Below are positions 7,704-17,038 of a DNA stretch of 29,255 bases, one piece after another (the first letter of the stretch is position 1; every line of letters starts with the position of its first letter). Position numbers and translations under genes: made by a program. The notes beneath the pieces were generated by a model. The model saw only the letters and a program-made list of their open reading frames with translations, made no database searches and was not told the origin of the DNA. Origin of the DNA: a virus (Duplodnaviria; Heunggongvirae; Uroviricota; Caudoviricetes); the IMG/VR virus record IMGVR_UViG_2713896774_000001, positions 1 to 29,255 of that record; one strand, written 5' to 3'.

Positions 7704-8324
7704 ATGAACAGACCACACCCACCAGCGCATTTTACGATGCCACCTGACCCGAAGCCTTACATCAGCATAATGCCCGCCATTGACGTTGGCGAGTGGCTGA
7801 ATCAGCACATCCTGAGCGATGAGGGTGACCTCTACAACCCTGACCACCAGCATTTGCTTGAAGCGGATCTGTGCTTTCTCTGGGCGTCGAACACTTTCGA
7901 GAAGAAAGGGCGGTCCGTGCTGGGGCAGGCGGAAGAAGTGGCAATGCGGGCTGGAGGCTGGCAGAAAGCGCGGATGGAGCAGCAGATGTATGAATGGTTC
8001 GGCAGGGTGCCGCAGTTCATCATCACGCTGGCCGCCGATTACTGCTCGCAATGTTCCGATCTGGAATTCTGCGCGCTGATAGAGCACGAGCTTTATCACA
8101 TCTGCCAAGCGACAGATGAATTTGGTGCGCCGAAGTTCACGCAGGAAGGGCAGCCAAAGCTGAAGCTGCGCGGCCATGACGTGGAAGAGTTTGTGGGCGT
8201 GGTTCGCCGTTACGGTGCGAGCCGGGACGTGCAGGAAATGATTGATGCGGCGAATCAGCCAGCGGAGGTTGCTCATCTCGATATTGCCAGAGCGTGCGGG
8301 ACGTGCATGCTGCGACTGGCTTAA
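7704..8324 (+). CDS. Hypothetical protein with an HEXXH zinc-metallopeptidase-like motif (IEHELYHI)
   Basis: 206-aa ORF co-oriented with the phage operons and containing HELYH. The almost fully overlapping minus-strand ORF 7698..8393 looks like antisense noise (R/L-rich, no motif). Confidence 0.55.
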   Translation: MNRPHPPAHFTMPPDPKPYISIMPAIDVGEWLNQHILSDEGDLYNPDHQHLLEADLCFLWASNTFEKKGRSVLGQAEEVAMRAGGWQKARMEQQMYEWFGRVPQFIITLAADYCSQCSDLEFCALIEHELYHICQATDEFGAPKFTQEGQPKLKLRGHDVEEFVGVVRRYGASRDVQEMIDAANQPAEVAHLDIARACGTCMLRLA

Positions 8325-8355
8325 ATACTGGACTGTATAAGACGAATGGTGATTT

Positions 8356-8829
8356 ATGGCTGCATTAAAACCTGATGTGAAAGCCTTCATCATTCAGTCG
8401 CTTGCGTGCTATGACACGCCATCGCAGGTGGTCGAGGCTGTCCAAAAAGAATTCGGGATCAGGATCACCCGCCAGCAGGCTGAATCTCACGACCCCACGA
8501 AGGCCAGCGGTAAGACGCTCGCCAAAAAGTGGATCGAGATGTTCCACGCGACGCGCGAACGGTTCCTGACCGAAACCAGCGACATTCCGATAGCGAACAA
8601 ATCCTATCGCCTCCGCGTGCTTGACCGCATGGCAACCAAAACCGAGGGGATGAAAAACTTCTCCCTGACGGCGCAGCTTATCGAACAGGCCGCGAAAGAG
8701 GTTGGCGACGCTTACACCAATAAGCTGAAGGTTGAGAGCACTGGCAAGGATGGCGGCCCGATCAAGACCGAGACGACCAACCTCACCGCAGATCAGGCCG
8801 CAGAGATTTACCGCAAGATGATGGGGTGA
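8356..8829 (+). CDS. Putative terminase small subunit (DUF2280-like)
   Basis: 157-aa ORF immediately upstream of, and overlapping, the large terminase gene; recalled as a DUF2280-type protein commonly at the small-terminase position. Confidence 0.5.
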   Translation: MAALKPDVKAFIIQSLACYDTPSQVVEAVQKEFGIRITRQQAESHDPTKASGKTLAKKWIEMFHATRERFLTETSDIPIANKSYRLRVLDRMATKTEGMKNFSLTAQLIEQAAKEVGDAYTNKLKVESTGKDGGPIKTETTNLTADQAAEIYRKMMG

Positions 8830-10454
8830 TCATGCCTCTCCCGTTTGAATTCGATTTCAGAAACCCTGATTACCAGATGGTTTTTGAATGGCGGATGGAG
8901 CGCTTACAGCGCATTCGCCAGAACCCTGAAATGCTGCCAGCGCTAAAGCAGTTTTATCGCACCAACCCGGCACAGTTCATCATCGACTGGGGTATGACTA
9001 CTGACCCGCGTAACATCGATTATGGCCTGCCGGTCACCATCCCTTTTCTGCTGTTCCCGAAACAGGAAGAGTGGATTCACTGGATCATGGAGCGGCGCGA
9101 ACGACTGGAGAACGGCATCACCGAAAAGAGCCGCGAAATGGGGCTCAGTTGGACCGCGATCGGGCTGGCCTGCTCGCTTTGTCTCTTCAACAAAGAAATG
9201 GTTATCGGTTTCGGCTCCCGTAAAGAGGAATACGTCGACAGCACCGGTGACCCGAAGGCGCTGTTCTGGAAGGCGCGAAAGTTCGTGGAAACACTGCCCA
9301 TCGAGTTTCGTGGTTCGTGGGACGAGAAGAAGCATGCGCCGTATATGCGCGTTGAGTTTCCAGATACTGGCGCGGTTATCAAAGGCGAGGCTGGCGACAA
9401 TATCGGACGTGGTGACCGTACCACGCTCTACCTGGTGGATGAAGCTGCATTCCTCCAGCGTCCTCTGTTGATTGATGCGGCACTGTCGCAAACCACCCGT
9501 TGCCGTATTGACCTGAGCTCGGTTAATGGCATGGCGAACCCGTTCGCGCAGAAGCGCCACGGCGGAAAGATACCAGTATTCACGTTCCACTGGCGAGATG
9601 ACCCGCGCAAGGATGAAGAGTGGTATCGCAGGGAGTGCGAGAAAATCGACAATCCGGTGGTGGTGGCGCAGGAACTTGACCTGAACTACAGCGCATCTGC
9701 GGAAGGCGTCCTGATCCCGTCCGACTGGGTACAGGCTGCCGTCGACGCGCATATCAAACTTGGTATTCAGCCAACGGGCAAGCGACTGGGCGCGATGGAC
9801 GTCGCCGACGAAGGCCGGGACAAAAATGCCTTTTCGACCCGTCACGGCTTCCTTCTGGAGAACGTGCGTGAATGGTCCGGCGTTGGCAGCGACATTTACC
9901 AGTCTGTTGAGAAGGTCTTCGGCTTTTGCGAACAGGACAACCTCGAAGAATTTCGCTTCGACGAGGACGGCCTGGGCGCTGGCGTTCGCGGCGATGCACG
10001 CGCCATCAACGAACTGCGTAACGCTGCGCGCCGACCGTCAATACTCGCCACACCGTTTCGCGGTAGCGGCGCGGTGTTTGATCCGGACGACGAAGCGGTG
10101 CGCGGCGACAACGGACAGGCCGCCCGCCTGAACAAGGACTTCTTTGCTAACGCCAAGGCCCAGAGCTGGTGGTGGCTACGCAAGCTTTTCCAGAACACCT
10201 ATCGCGCCGTGGTTGAGGGCATGGCCTACAACCCGGACGAAATTATCTCAATCAGCAGCGCCATGGCGAGCAAAGACAAACTCATCATCGAGCTGTCGCA
10301 ACCGACCTATTCCATTAACGGCGTGGGGAAAATCGTTGTTGATAAACAGCCTGACGGCACCAAGTCGCCGAACCTCGCCGACTCGGTGATGATCAGCTAC
10401 GCGCCAATGAATTCAGCCCTGAACATCTGGGAGCTGCTAGGGAGACAGGCCTGA
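8826..10454 (+). CDS. Terminase large subunit
   Basis: 542-aa ORF with an ATPase-like N-terminus (Walker-B-like LYLVDEAAF) and a nuclease-like C-terminal half. Track start 8826 is a GTG; ATG at 8832 is the alternative. Confidence 0.8.
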   Translation: MIMPLPFEFDFRNPDYQMVFEWRMERLQRIRQNPEMLPALKQFYRTNPAQFIIDWGMTTDPRNIDYGLPVTIPFLLFPKQEEWIHWIMERRERLENGITEKSREMGLSWTAIGLACSLCLFNKEMVIGFGSRKEEYVDSTGDPKALFWKARKFVETLPIEFRGSWDEKKHAPYMRVEFPDTGAVIKGEAGDNIGRGDRTTLYLVDEAAFLQRPLLIDAALSQTTRCRIDLSSVNGMANPFAQKRHGGKIPVFTFHWRDDPRKDEEWYRRECEKIDNPVVVAQELDLNYSASAEGVLIPSDWVQAAVDAHIKLGIQPTGKRLGAMDVADEGRDKNAFSTRHGFLLENVREWSGVGSDIYQSVEKVFGFCEQDNLEEFRFDEDGLGAGVRGDARAINELRNAARRPSILATPFRGSGAVFDPDDEAVRGDNGQAARLNKDFFANAKAQSWWWLRKLFQNTYRAVVEGMAYNPDEIISISSAMASKDKLIIELSQPTYSINGVGKIVVDKQPDGTKSPNLADSVMISYAPMNSALNIWELLGRQA

Positions 10455-11923
10455 TGGCACGAAACAAGCAATCCTCTCAGCGAACGGCACAGGCCACCGC
10501 TGACGGCTACGAGAACTTCGTCGCCCGCGTTGGGATGCAGACGCCTAACCAGCATTCAGCATCGACCTACCGGGCGAACTTCACCAGCCGCAACCGCATG
10601 CTGGTGGAATGGTCATATCGCGGTTCGTGGGTTATCGGTGAAGCGGTCGACGCTATCCCGGACGATATGACCCGAAAGGGCATTCGCATCACTTCGGAGA
10701 TTGACGCCAAAGACCGTGGCACCCTCGAAGCGCAACTGGATGAGTTGCAGATCTGGGATGCGCTGAACGACGTGCTGAAATGGTCGCGCCTCTACGGCGG
10801 CGCGGTCGGCTTCATCATGATCGAGGGGCAAGCACCAATGACCCCGCTGCGACTCGAAACCATTGGCGAGGGCAAGTTTAAGGGCATTCTCCCGCTCGAC
10901 CGCTGGATGATTAACCCGGTGCTGACACGCCGCATTAAAGAGATGGGGCCGGACCTCGGCAAGCCTGAGTTTTACGACGTGGTGACCACCGCAACGGGCA
11001 TTCCGGCCTGGCGCATCCATCACAGCCGCCTGATCCGCTTTGATGGCGTCACGCTGCCATTCCAGCAGAAGATGACCGAAAACGAATGGGGAATGTCGGT
11101 TGTAGAGCGTATCTGGGATCGGCTTACTGCGTTCGATAGCGCTACTGTCGGCGCGGCGCAGCTGGTCTATAAAGCGCATCTGCGTACCTATAGCGTGGAG
11201 AAGTTGCGCGAGCTTATCGCGCTTGGAGGCCCGGCGTTCGAAGCGTTGCTGAAGAACATCGACCTGATCCGCCAGTTCCAGAGTAATGAAGGCATGACGC
11301 TCATGGACTCGCGGGATAAGTTCGAAACCCACCAGTACAGCTTCAGTGGTCTGGATGACATTCTTTCGCAGTTCGCTGAGCAGATCAGCGGTGCCGTTGG
11401 TATCCCGCTGGTACGCCTGTTCGGTCAATCCCCGAAAGGCTTCTCTACTGGTGATGCAGACCTCGCCAACTATTACGACCGGGTGAGCTCATTGCAGGAG
11501 CGCCGTTTACGGCTGCCGATGCGCCGGATACTGGACATTATGCACCGCTCGAAACTCGGAAAGCCGCTGCCGGACGATTTCACGTTTGAGTTTAACCCGC
11601 TATGGCAAATGTCAGACGTTGACCGATCAACGGTGGCCGTAAACACCACCAACGCGATCAGTACCGCGCTGGGCGACGGATTGATGACGCGTAAGGCGGC
11701 GATGACCGACCTGCGCGAAAACTCTGACGTCACCGGCATCGGGGCATCCATTACCGACGAGGATATCGAGAATGCCGAAGACGAAGCGCCGCCAGGGATC
11801 GGCGAACTTGGCGACAAACCGCCAGAGCCGCCAGGCGGAGATCCGATATCGAACGAGCCTACGGCAGATAGCGCGGGCAGTCGGGGATATCGTAAATGGT
11901 CGCTACGATGGTTCAAACGATAG
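10454..11923 (+). CDS. Portal protein (DUF1073-type) with an acidic, Pro-rich C-terminal tail
   Basis: 489-aa ORF directly after the large terminase (ATGA-type overlap) and before the MuF-like gene, the canonical order. Confidence 0.7.
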   Translation: MARNKQSSQRTAQATADGYENFVARVGMQTPNQHSASTYRANFTSRNRMLVEWSYRGSWVIGEAVDAIPDDMTRKGIRITSEIDAKDRGTLEAQLDELQIWDALNDVLKWSRLYGGAVGFIMIEGQAPMTPLRLETIGEGKFKGILPLDRWMINPVLTRRIKEMGPDLGKPEFYDVVTTATGIPAWRIHHSRLIRFDGVTLPFQQKMTENEWGMSVVERIWDRLTAFDSATVGAAQLVYKAHLRTYSVEKLRELIALGGPAFEALLKNIDLIRQFQSNEGMTLMDSRDKFETHQYSFSGLDDILSQFAEQISGAVGIPLVRLFGQSPKGFSTGDADLANYYDRVSSLQERRLRLPMRRILDIMHRSKLGKPLPDDFTFEFNPLWQMSDVDRSTVAVNTTNAISTALGDGLMTRKAAMTDLRENSDVTGIGASITDEDIENAEDEAPPGIGELGDKPPEPPGGDPISNEPTADSAGSRGYRKWSLRWFKR

Positions 11924-12545
11924 CGTCACCGAAATAATGGATGCGCTGGAGCGCTACAGCGAAATCATCACCCCCTGGGCGACTAAGGTTGCTGAGAGCT
12001 TCACCGCCGACATTGCGCGCCAGAATGAAAAGCAGTGGCGTCAGCACAGTCGGAACATCAGCGCAGAACTACGCAACATGGTCGACCGCGCCCCGGTAGG
12101 CCAGGTGATGAAATCCATCGTCGCCGAGCAAATTAAGTACATCAAATCGCTGCCTCTTGAGGCCGCCGATCGGGTGTATGACATTCAGAACAAAGCCATC
12201 GAGGCTGTTGTGACTGGTGGCCGCGCTGAGCCATTCGCGAAAGAGATAGCTGCTTCCGGTGACGTGTCACGCTCACGAGCGAACCTTATCGCCCGGACTG
12301 AGCTTGGGCGCGCAACCGGCGCGCTGGATCAGGCGCGTGCGCTGTCAATCGGCTCGAATGGTTATATCTGGCGTACAGCCGAAGATGGCGACGTCCGGCA
12401 TTCTCATCGAGAGATGGAAGGGAAGTTTGTCGAATGGGGCCGACCTCCAACGCTTGACGGCATGACCGGTCACGCTGGCGAGCTCCCGAACTGCCGCTGT
12501 TACAAAGAAATCGTCTTCCCCAACCCTCATTCTTATCTCGCCTGA
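11772..12545 (+). CDS. Head morphogenesis protein (Mu F-like / SPP1 gp7-like minor head protein)
   Basis: Conserved C-terminal MuF signature (ARTELGRATG...IWRTAEDGDVRHSHREMEGK...LPNCRCY). ATG 11772 has a strong GAGGA 8 nt upstream but overlaps the portal by 152 nt; an in-frame ATG at 11937 is the alternative. Confidence 0.8.
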   Translation: MPKTKRRQGSANLATNRQSRQAEIRYRTSLRQIARAVGDIVNGRYDGSNDSVTEIMDALERYSEIITPWATKVAESFTADIARQNEKQWRQHSRNISAELRNMVDRAPVGQVMKSIVAEQIKYIKSLPLEAADRVYDIQNKAIEAVVTGGRAEPFAKEIAASGDVSRSRANLIARTELGRATGALDQARALSIGSNGYIWRTAEDGDVRHSHREMEGKFVEWGRPPTLDGMTGHAGELPNCRCYKEIVFPNPHSYLA

Positions 12546-12559
12546 ATCGCAGGTAAACC

Positions 12560-13792
12560 ATGAAATATTTTTTCAATACCCGGCTGGGGGAAACCCGTTA
12601 TCAGCTGGCTGACGGCTCGCTGCTGTGCAAAGACGTGCCGATAGGTCGAACGGGTAAGCAGCTTTACGGCGCTGCCGATCTGCCAAACCTCAAACCCGAC
12701 AAGCTCGGCGAGATAGTCGTAACGCGCTCTCCTGATCAGGTATTCCATCCGGCCACGCTCGCCTCATTCGAAGGGATGAGCATCACGATCCTGCATCCTG
12801 AAGATGAAAACGGGAATGTGCGGCTGGTCAACCCCGAGAACTGGAAAGAGCTTGCGGTCGGGCATCTTCAGAACGTTCGGCGCGGGACTGGTGATCAGTC
12901 TGATTTGATGCTGGCTGACCTTATCGTCAAAGACGAAAGCGCCATTCAGCTGATCGAAGATGGTCTGCGCGAAGTGTCGTGCGGCTATGACGCTGAGTAC
13001 GAGCAGACCGAACCCGGAAAAGCCGAGCAGGTCGATATTACCGGAAACCATGTGGCTCTTGTCCCTAAAGGCAGAGCCGGAAATCGTTGTGCAATTGGAG
13101 ACAGAGACACAATGGCAAATCAAAAGAAAAGCTGGTGGACCCGCATGCGCACGGCCATCAAAACGGGTGATGCTGACACCATGAACGAACTGCTGGACTC
13201 TGCGCCAGCGGCGGTAACGGGCGATGAAGGGGATCTGCCGAGCGGCGTTAACCTCAACATTAATCTTTCACCGCAACAACCATTGCCGGACAAAAAGCCG
13301 GAAATGGGCGGAGAGCCAACCGGCGACGGCGAGGACGATATCAAAACCTTGCTCAAAGCCCTGCTGGCTAAGCTGGAAGGTACTGCAACGGGCGATAACG
13401 ACGATAAGCCTGACGGCAAAGATAACAAAGACCCTACCGGCGACGGTGAGGACGACGAAGAGGAAACCACGATTACCGGTGACGCTGCTTATCGTGCCGA
13501 AGTTATCGTTCCGGGTATCGATCTGAGCCGTAAGGTGAAACCGACCGCGTTCAAACGTGATGTGCTGTCCGCCGCTGACAAAACACTGGTTCGCCAGGTT
13601 GTCGGTGATGCAGATATCCGCAAATTGCCCAAGCAATCGGTCGATATGGCGTTTAACGCCGTGTCTGAGATTGCCAAAGGGCGAAACACCCGCAGCACCA
13701 CGGGCGATGCACAACGTCAAAATATGGGCATGACCAGCATCGCTTCCCTGAACAAACAAAACGCCGACTTCTGGTCTAACCGCAAAGGATAA
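12560..13792 (+). CDS. Putative scaffolding or prohead-processing protein (DUF2213-like) with an acidic repeat-containing centre
   Basis: 410-aa ORF between the MuF-like and capsid genes, with internal repeats (PTGDGEDD twice) and a charged low-complexity middle typical of scaffold proteins. Confidence 0.45.
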   Translation: MKYFFNTRLGETRYQLADGSLLCKDVPIGRTGKQLYGAADLPNLKPDKLGEIVVTRSPDQVFHPATLASFEGMSITILHPEDENGNVRLVNPENWKELAVGHLQNVRRGTGDQSDLMLADLIVKDESAIQLIEDGLREVSCGYDAEYEQTEPGKAEQVDITGNHVALVPKGRAGNRCAIGDRDTMANQKKSWWTRMRTAIKTGDADTMNELLDSAPAAVTGDEGDLPSGVNLNINLSPQQPLPDKKPEMGGEPTGDGEDDIKTLLKALLAKLEGTATGDNDDKPDGKDNKDPTGDGEDDEEETTITGDAAYRAEVIVPGIDLSRKVKPTAFKRDVLSAADKTLVRQVVGDADIRKLPKQSVDMAFNAVSEIAKGRNTRSTTGDAQRQNMGMTSIASLNKQNADFWSNRKG

Positions 13793-13796
13793 TCCA

Positions 13797-14300
13797 ATGA
13801 CTGCATATTTGTACCGGATGCCTGTTGGCATTGCCGGGGCTATCTCTCGCCCGCAGGACTTAACCGTCGAACCGGTGATCCTTAAATCCGCTAACGCCTT
13901 CGCTGCCTATGGTCTGGCTGGCAAATATGACGCTGACGGCTTTTTCGTGCCGCTGGCGGACGGTGACACCGCCGACAAGGTGAAGGGGATCTACGTTCGT
14001 CCGTATCCGACCACATCGCAGCCAGACATGGTTCGCCAGGTGGGGACGGATAAGAACTTCCCGGGTGACGCCATGAAGCGTGGCTACATGACCGTTAATC
14101 TCGGTTCTGATTTTGATGCCAGCACCATCAAAAAAGGCGACCCGGTATACGTTGTCGTCTCCACTGATGAATCCATCAAAGTGCCGCTGGGCGGCTTCAT
14201 GTCCACGTCCGTCAGTGGCAAAAACGTGGCGCTGACCAACGCCGAATTCACAGGGGCCGGTGACGCTAACGGCAATGCAGAAATCTCCTGGAAGATTTAA
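13797..14300 (+). CDS. Head-associated structural protein (possible decoration or accessory protein)
   Basis: 167-aa ORF immediately upstream of the putative major capsid gene; position-based call. Confidence 0.4.
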   Translation: MTAYLYRMPVGIAGAISRPQDLTVEPVILKSANAFAAYGLAGKYDADGFFVPLADGDTADKVKGIYVRPYPTTSQPDMVRQVGTDKNFPGDAMKRGYMTVNLGSDFDASTIKKGDPVYVVVSTDESIKVPLGGFMSTSVSGKNVALTNAEFTGAGDANGNAEISWKI

Positions 14301-14311
14301 GGAACAGACGA

Positions 14312-15253
14312 ATGATTACTTTTGATCAGGCAACCGTTGATAGCTCTGGTGCCTTTCTCATCGGGGAGCTGGAGCGACTCGACCAGACGCTGAACCTGCC
14401 GCTGGTGGGTTACACCTGGACCCGCGATATTCAGCTGCGTGAAGACGTTTCTATCGCAGATGACATTTCCAGCTGGACTAACACCAGTTTTGGCGCTGCT
14501 GGTACTGGCGCAAATCCGAACGGTAAAAACTGGGTAGGCAAAGACTCCACTGCTATTGCTGGCGTGAATGTTGATATCGGCAAAGACGGCAATCCGCTGA
14601 ACCTCTGGGGCATGGAACTGGGCTGGACCGTTGTAGAGCTGGCAGCAGCTCAGCAGGTAGGTCGCCCGATTGATACCCAGAAGTACGACGGGATGCAGCT
14701 CAAATGGCAGATGGACAACGACGAGCAGGTTTACATTGGCGATGATGCGCTCGGCCTGAAAGGGCTGGCAAACCTTGTCGGTGTGACGCTGAACAATGCG
14801 CCGAAGACCTGGGCGAACTCCACCAACGACGAGATTCTCGATAGCGTGAACAGCATTCTGTCGAATGCCTGGGCAGCATCCGGTTATTCCGTCGTGCCTT
14901 CTGATCTGCGCATTCCGCCAGAGCAGTATTCACTGCTGGCGAGCCGTAAGGTTTCCGAAGCGGGTAACCAGTCGCTGCTGACCTATCTGGCCGTGAACAC
15001 TATCGCTTTCCACCAGAACGGCGTTCCGCTGGAAATCAAAGCGGTTAAATGGCTGAAAGGGCGCGGGGTTGGCGGTAAAGACCGTATGGTCGCCTACACC
15101 AACGACAAGAAATACGTGCGCTATCCGCTGGTGCCGTTGCAGAGCGTTCCTATCCAGTATCGCGGTCTGCACCAGATTGCGACCTACTACGGCAAGCTCG
15201 GTGCGGTTGAGCCAGTGTACAAAGAAACCCTGTCCTACGTGGACGGTATCTGA
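14312..15253 (+). CDS. Putative major capsid protein
   Basis: 313-aa ORF in the capsid position, followed by a strong GNRA-loop hairpin; recalled as a DUF2184-type capsid family. Modest confidence. Confidence 0.55.
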   Translation: MITFDQATVDSSGAFLIGELERLDQTLNLPLVGYTWTRDIQLREDVSIADDISSWTNTSFGAAGTGANPNGKNWVGKDSTAIAGVNVDIGKDGNPLNLWGMELGWTVVELAAAQQVGRPIDTQKYDGMQLKWQMDNDEQVYIGDDALGLKGLANLVGVTLNNAPKTWANSTNDEILDSVNSILSNAWAASGYSVVPSDLRIPPEQYSLLASRKVSEAGNQSLLTYLAVNTIAFHQNGVPLEIKAVKWLKGRGVGGKDRMVAYTNDKKYVRYPLVPLQSVPIQYRGLHQIATYYGKLGAVEPVYKETLSYVDGI

Positions 15254-15263
15254 TAACCAGAAC

Positions 15264-15279
15264 GGCCCCGAAAGGGGCC
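15264..15279 (+). other. Stable stem-loop GGCCCC-GAAA-GGGGCC after the capsid gene (no U-tract)
   Basis: Perfect 6-bp GC stem with a GAAA tetraloop, 10 nt after the capsid stop and just upstream of the next ribosome-binding site (AAGGAAA). Confidence 0.6.
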
Positions 15280-15294
15280 AGAAGGAAACTTGAA

Positions 15295-15705
15295 ATGGCG
15301 AAAGAAAAGCTGGTTACCATCCATGTTCACACCCCGTTTACGCTGACGCTCGGCGATCAGTCAAAACAGGAGTTTGGCCGGGGACGGCATAACGTACCGG
15401 AAGAGGTTGCGTCGCACTGGTTCACCCAGGCGCACTCTGAGCTTTCCGAAAGCGTGATTAGCGACACCGATGATCTGCAACCCATTATCGACAGCCTGCA
15501 AGCGCAGATTGCCGACAAAGATAAGCAGATTGCCGACAAAGATAAGCAGATTGTCGATAAAGATCAGCTGATTGCCGATCTGAAAGAAGCGCTGCTCAAG
15601 CTGCAAGAGCAGAACGACAGCCTGCAAGCGCAGATTGCTGCCGCCCAGACTGGCGGTAATGGGGCGAAAGATGCCAAAGAATCAAAGCCTGCCAACAGTA
15701 AGTGA
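15295..15705 (+). CDS. Coiled-coil protein with heptad tandem repeats (QIADKDK), unknown function
   Basis: 136-aa ORF whose centre is encoded by 21-bp tandem repeats and is flanked by a 23-bp direct repeat encoding DSLQAQIA. Confidence 0.6.
   Translation: MAKEKLVTIHVHTPFTLTLGDQSKQEFGRGRHNVPEEVASHWFTQAHSELSESVISDTDDLQPIIDSLQAQIADKDKQIADKDKQIVDKDQLIADLKEALLKLQEQNDSLQAQIAAAQTGGNGAKDAKESKPANSK
15505..15567 (+). repeat. 21-bp tandem repeat, about 3 units (CAGATTGCCGACAAAGATAAG x2 plus a degenerate third)
   Basis: Read directly: units at 15505..15525 and 15526..15546 are identical; 15547..15567 is CAGATTGTCGATAAAGATCAG. A 23-bp direct repeat GACAGCCTGCAAGCGCAGATTGC occurs at 15490..15512 and 15616..15638. 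Confidence 0.9.
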
Positions 15706-16078
15706 TTTTCGCCGCGACTTCCCGCAGTTTGCTGACCCTGCCAAATATCCCGAAGCGCAAATCCAGTTTCGTCTGAATCTGGCTGATGTGCTGCTGAGCG
15801 AAAACGTCACCGGCAAAGAGTTGTTTCTGTACTTTGTCGAGTTGTTCGTGGCTCACTACATGACGCTCTGGGCGGCAGATAGCCGGGCAATGCTCGTCGG
15901 CGGCCCGGGTGGCTCAACCAATGGTGTTCAGTCCTCCAAGTCCGTTGACAAGGTAAGCGTCAGCTATGACACCAGCGCGACGCTAAACCCTGACGCAGGC
16001 TTCTGGAATAACACCCGATATGGCGCTGAATTTTATCAGCTGATCACGATGTTCGGTGCGGGCGGTCGCCAGCTATGA
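15671..16078 (+). CDS. Putative head-tail connector or head completion protein
   Basis: ORF in the head-to-tail joining gene block; ATG 15671 chosen over the track start 15635 to limit overlap with the upstream gene. Position-based call. Confidence 0.45.
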   Translation: MPKNQSLPTVSDFRRDFPQFADPAKYPEAQIQFRLNLADVLLSENVTGKELFLYFVELFVAHYMTLWAADSRAMLVGGPGGSTNGVQSSKSVDKVSVSYDTSATLNPDAGFWNNTRYGAEFYQLITMFGAGGRQL

Positions 16079-16662
16079 GTTTCAAAAGCGGTGTAACAAC
16101 GAGGGTGGATAACGCTAAGGCCATTCTGGATGCGCTCCGGTCGTTAACCAAAAAAGATGTGCTGGTCGGCATCCCGGAAGAAGACAGCGAGCGTGAGGAT
16201 GTTCCGTTTGGTAATGCCGGGATCGGTTACGTCAACGAATACGGCTCACCAGCGCAAAACATCCCCCCACGCCCGCACCTGATCCCCGGCGTTAAATCCG
16301 TAGAGGAACAGACGGTGCCGCAGCTCAAAGCAGCGGCGCAGGCTGCGCTTGATGGAAATGCGGCGGGTGCGGAAAGAGCGCTTAACCGCGCCGGAACGCT
16401 GGCCGCGAATGGCGTCAGGCGTTACATGACCATTACCGGCTTTACACCGCTTGCTGATAGCACCGTTGAAGCCCGCGCGCGTCGAGGGCGCAAAGGGGCG
16501 AAAGCTGAGGTAGCACGCAGATCGGCAGACGGAAAGCTTAATGCTATCAACCCAGATTCTGGTCAATTGATAAGCAATGAGAATGTAAGGCCGTTGATTG
16601 ATACCGGACAGTACCGCAGAGCCATTACCCATATTGTGAGGGATAAAGATGCCGAATCTTGA
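16075..16662 (+). CDS. Hypothetical virion protein (head-tail joining region)
   Basis: 195-aa ORF, start overlapping the upstream stop (ATGA), within the structural operon. Confidence 0.5.
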   Translation: MSFKSGVTTRVDNAKAILDALRSLTKKDVLVGIPEEDSEREDVPFGNAGIGYVNEYGSPAQNIPPRPHLIPGVKSVEEQTVPQLKAAAQAALDGNAAGAERALNRAGTLAANGVRRYMTITGFTPLADSTVEARARRGRKGAKAEVARRSADGKLNAINPDSGQLISNENVRPLIDTGQYRRAITHIVRDKDAES

Positions 16663-17038
16663 TGTGACGGATGTGCTTTTTGACCCCGATTTTTGCGACT
16701 TCAATTTGTGGGTAACACGCCGAGTGCAAACGGTGGATGAGGACGGGATCGGCAGCGACAGTGAAGTTAAAAAGCAGTTTGCCGGGGATGTTACTGTTGA
16801 CCGCTCCCTGGAAAACCGCCGCATGCAGGCCGGGCAGGTTATCAGCGGCGCGATTCTCATCGTGACAACTGAGCGGCTGACGCAGGGGCAGACTGGCCGT
16901 GATGCCGATATCGTGACGTATCAGGGCCGTGATTATCGTGTGACCTTCGTCGACCCGTATACAGCTTATGGGGCCGGATTCGTTCAGGCGCATTGTGAGT
17001 TGCTGCCGTTTGATGGGGGAACTCCCATTGAGCAATAA
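16649..17038 (+). CDS. Hypothetical virion protein (head-tail joining region)
   Basis: 129-aa ORF with a GGGA ribosome-binding site, co-oriented and overlapping its neighbours. Confidence 0.5.
   Translation: MPNLDVTDVLFDPDFCDFNLWVTRRVQTVDEDGIGSDSEVKKQFAGDVTVDRSLENRRMQAGQVISGAILIVTTERLTQGQTGRDADIVTYQGRDYRVTFVDPYTAYGAGFVQAHCELLPFDGGTPIEQ

Noticed and set aside
7698-8393. 231-aa minus-strand ORF almost exactly overlapping the HEXXH gene
   Set aside because: Arg/Leu/His-rich low-complexity translation typical of the antisense frame of a GC-rich gene, no motif, opposite to the uniformly plus-strand phage operons; the plus-strand ORF carries the HEXXH motif.
8943-9845. 300-aa minus-strand ORF inside the large terminase gene
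   Set aside because: Antisense to a well-supported terminase ORF with conserved ATPase/nuclease-like features; composition is typical of a spurious antisense frame.
10613-11428. 271-aa minus-strand ORF inside the portal gene
   Set aside because: Antisense to the portal ORF and lying within an otherwise tightly coupled plus-strand operon; no independent support.
13268-13831. 187-aa minus-strand ORF overlapping the scaffold-like gene and the start of the next gene
   Set aside because: Antisense to a repeat-rich GC-rich region; no ribosome-binding site or recognisable domain.
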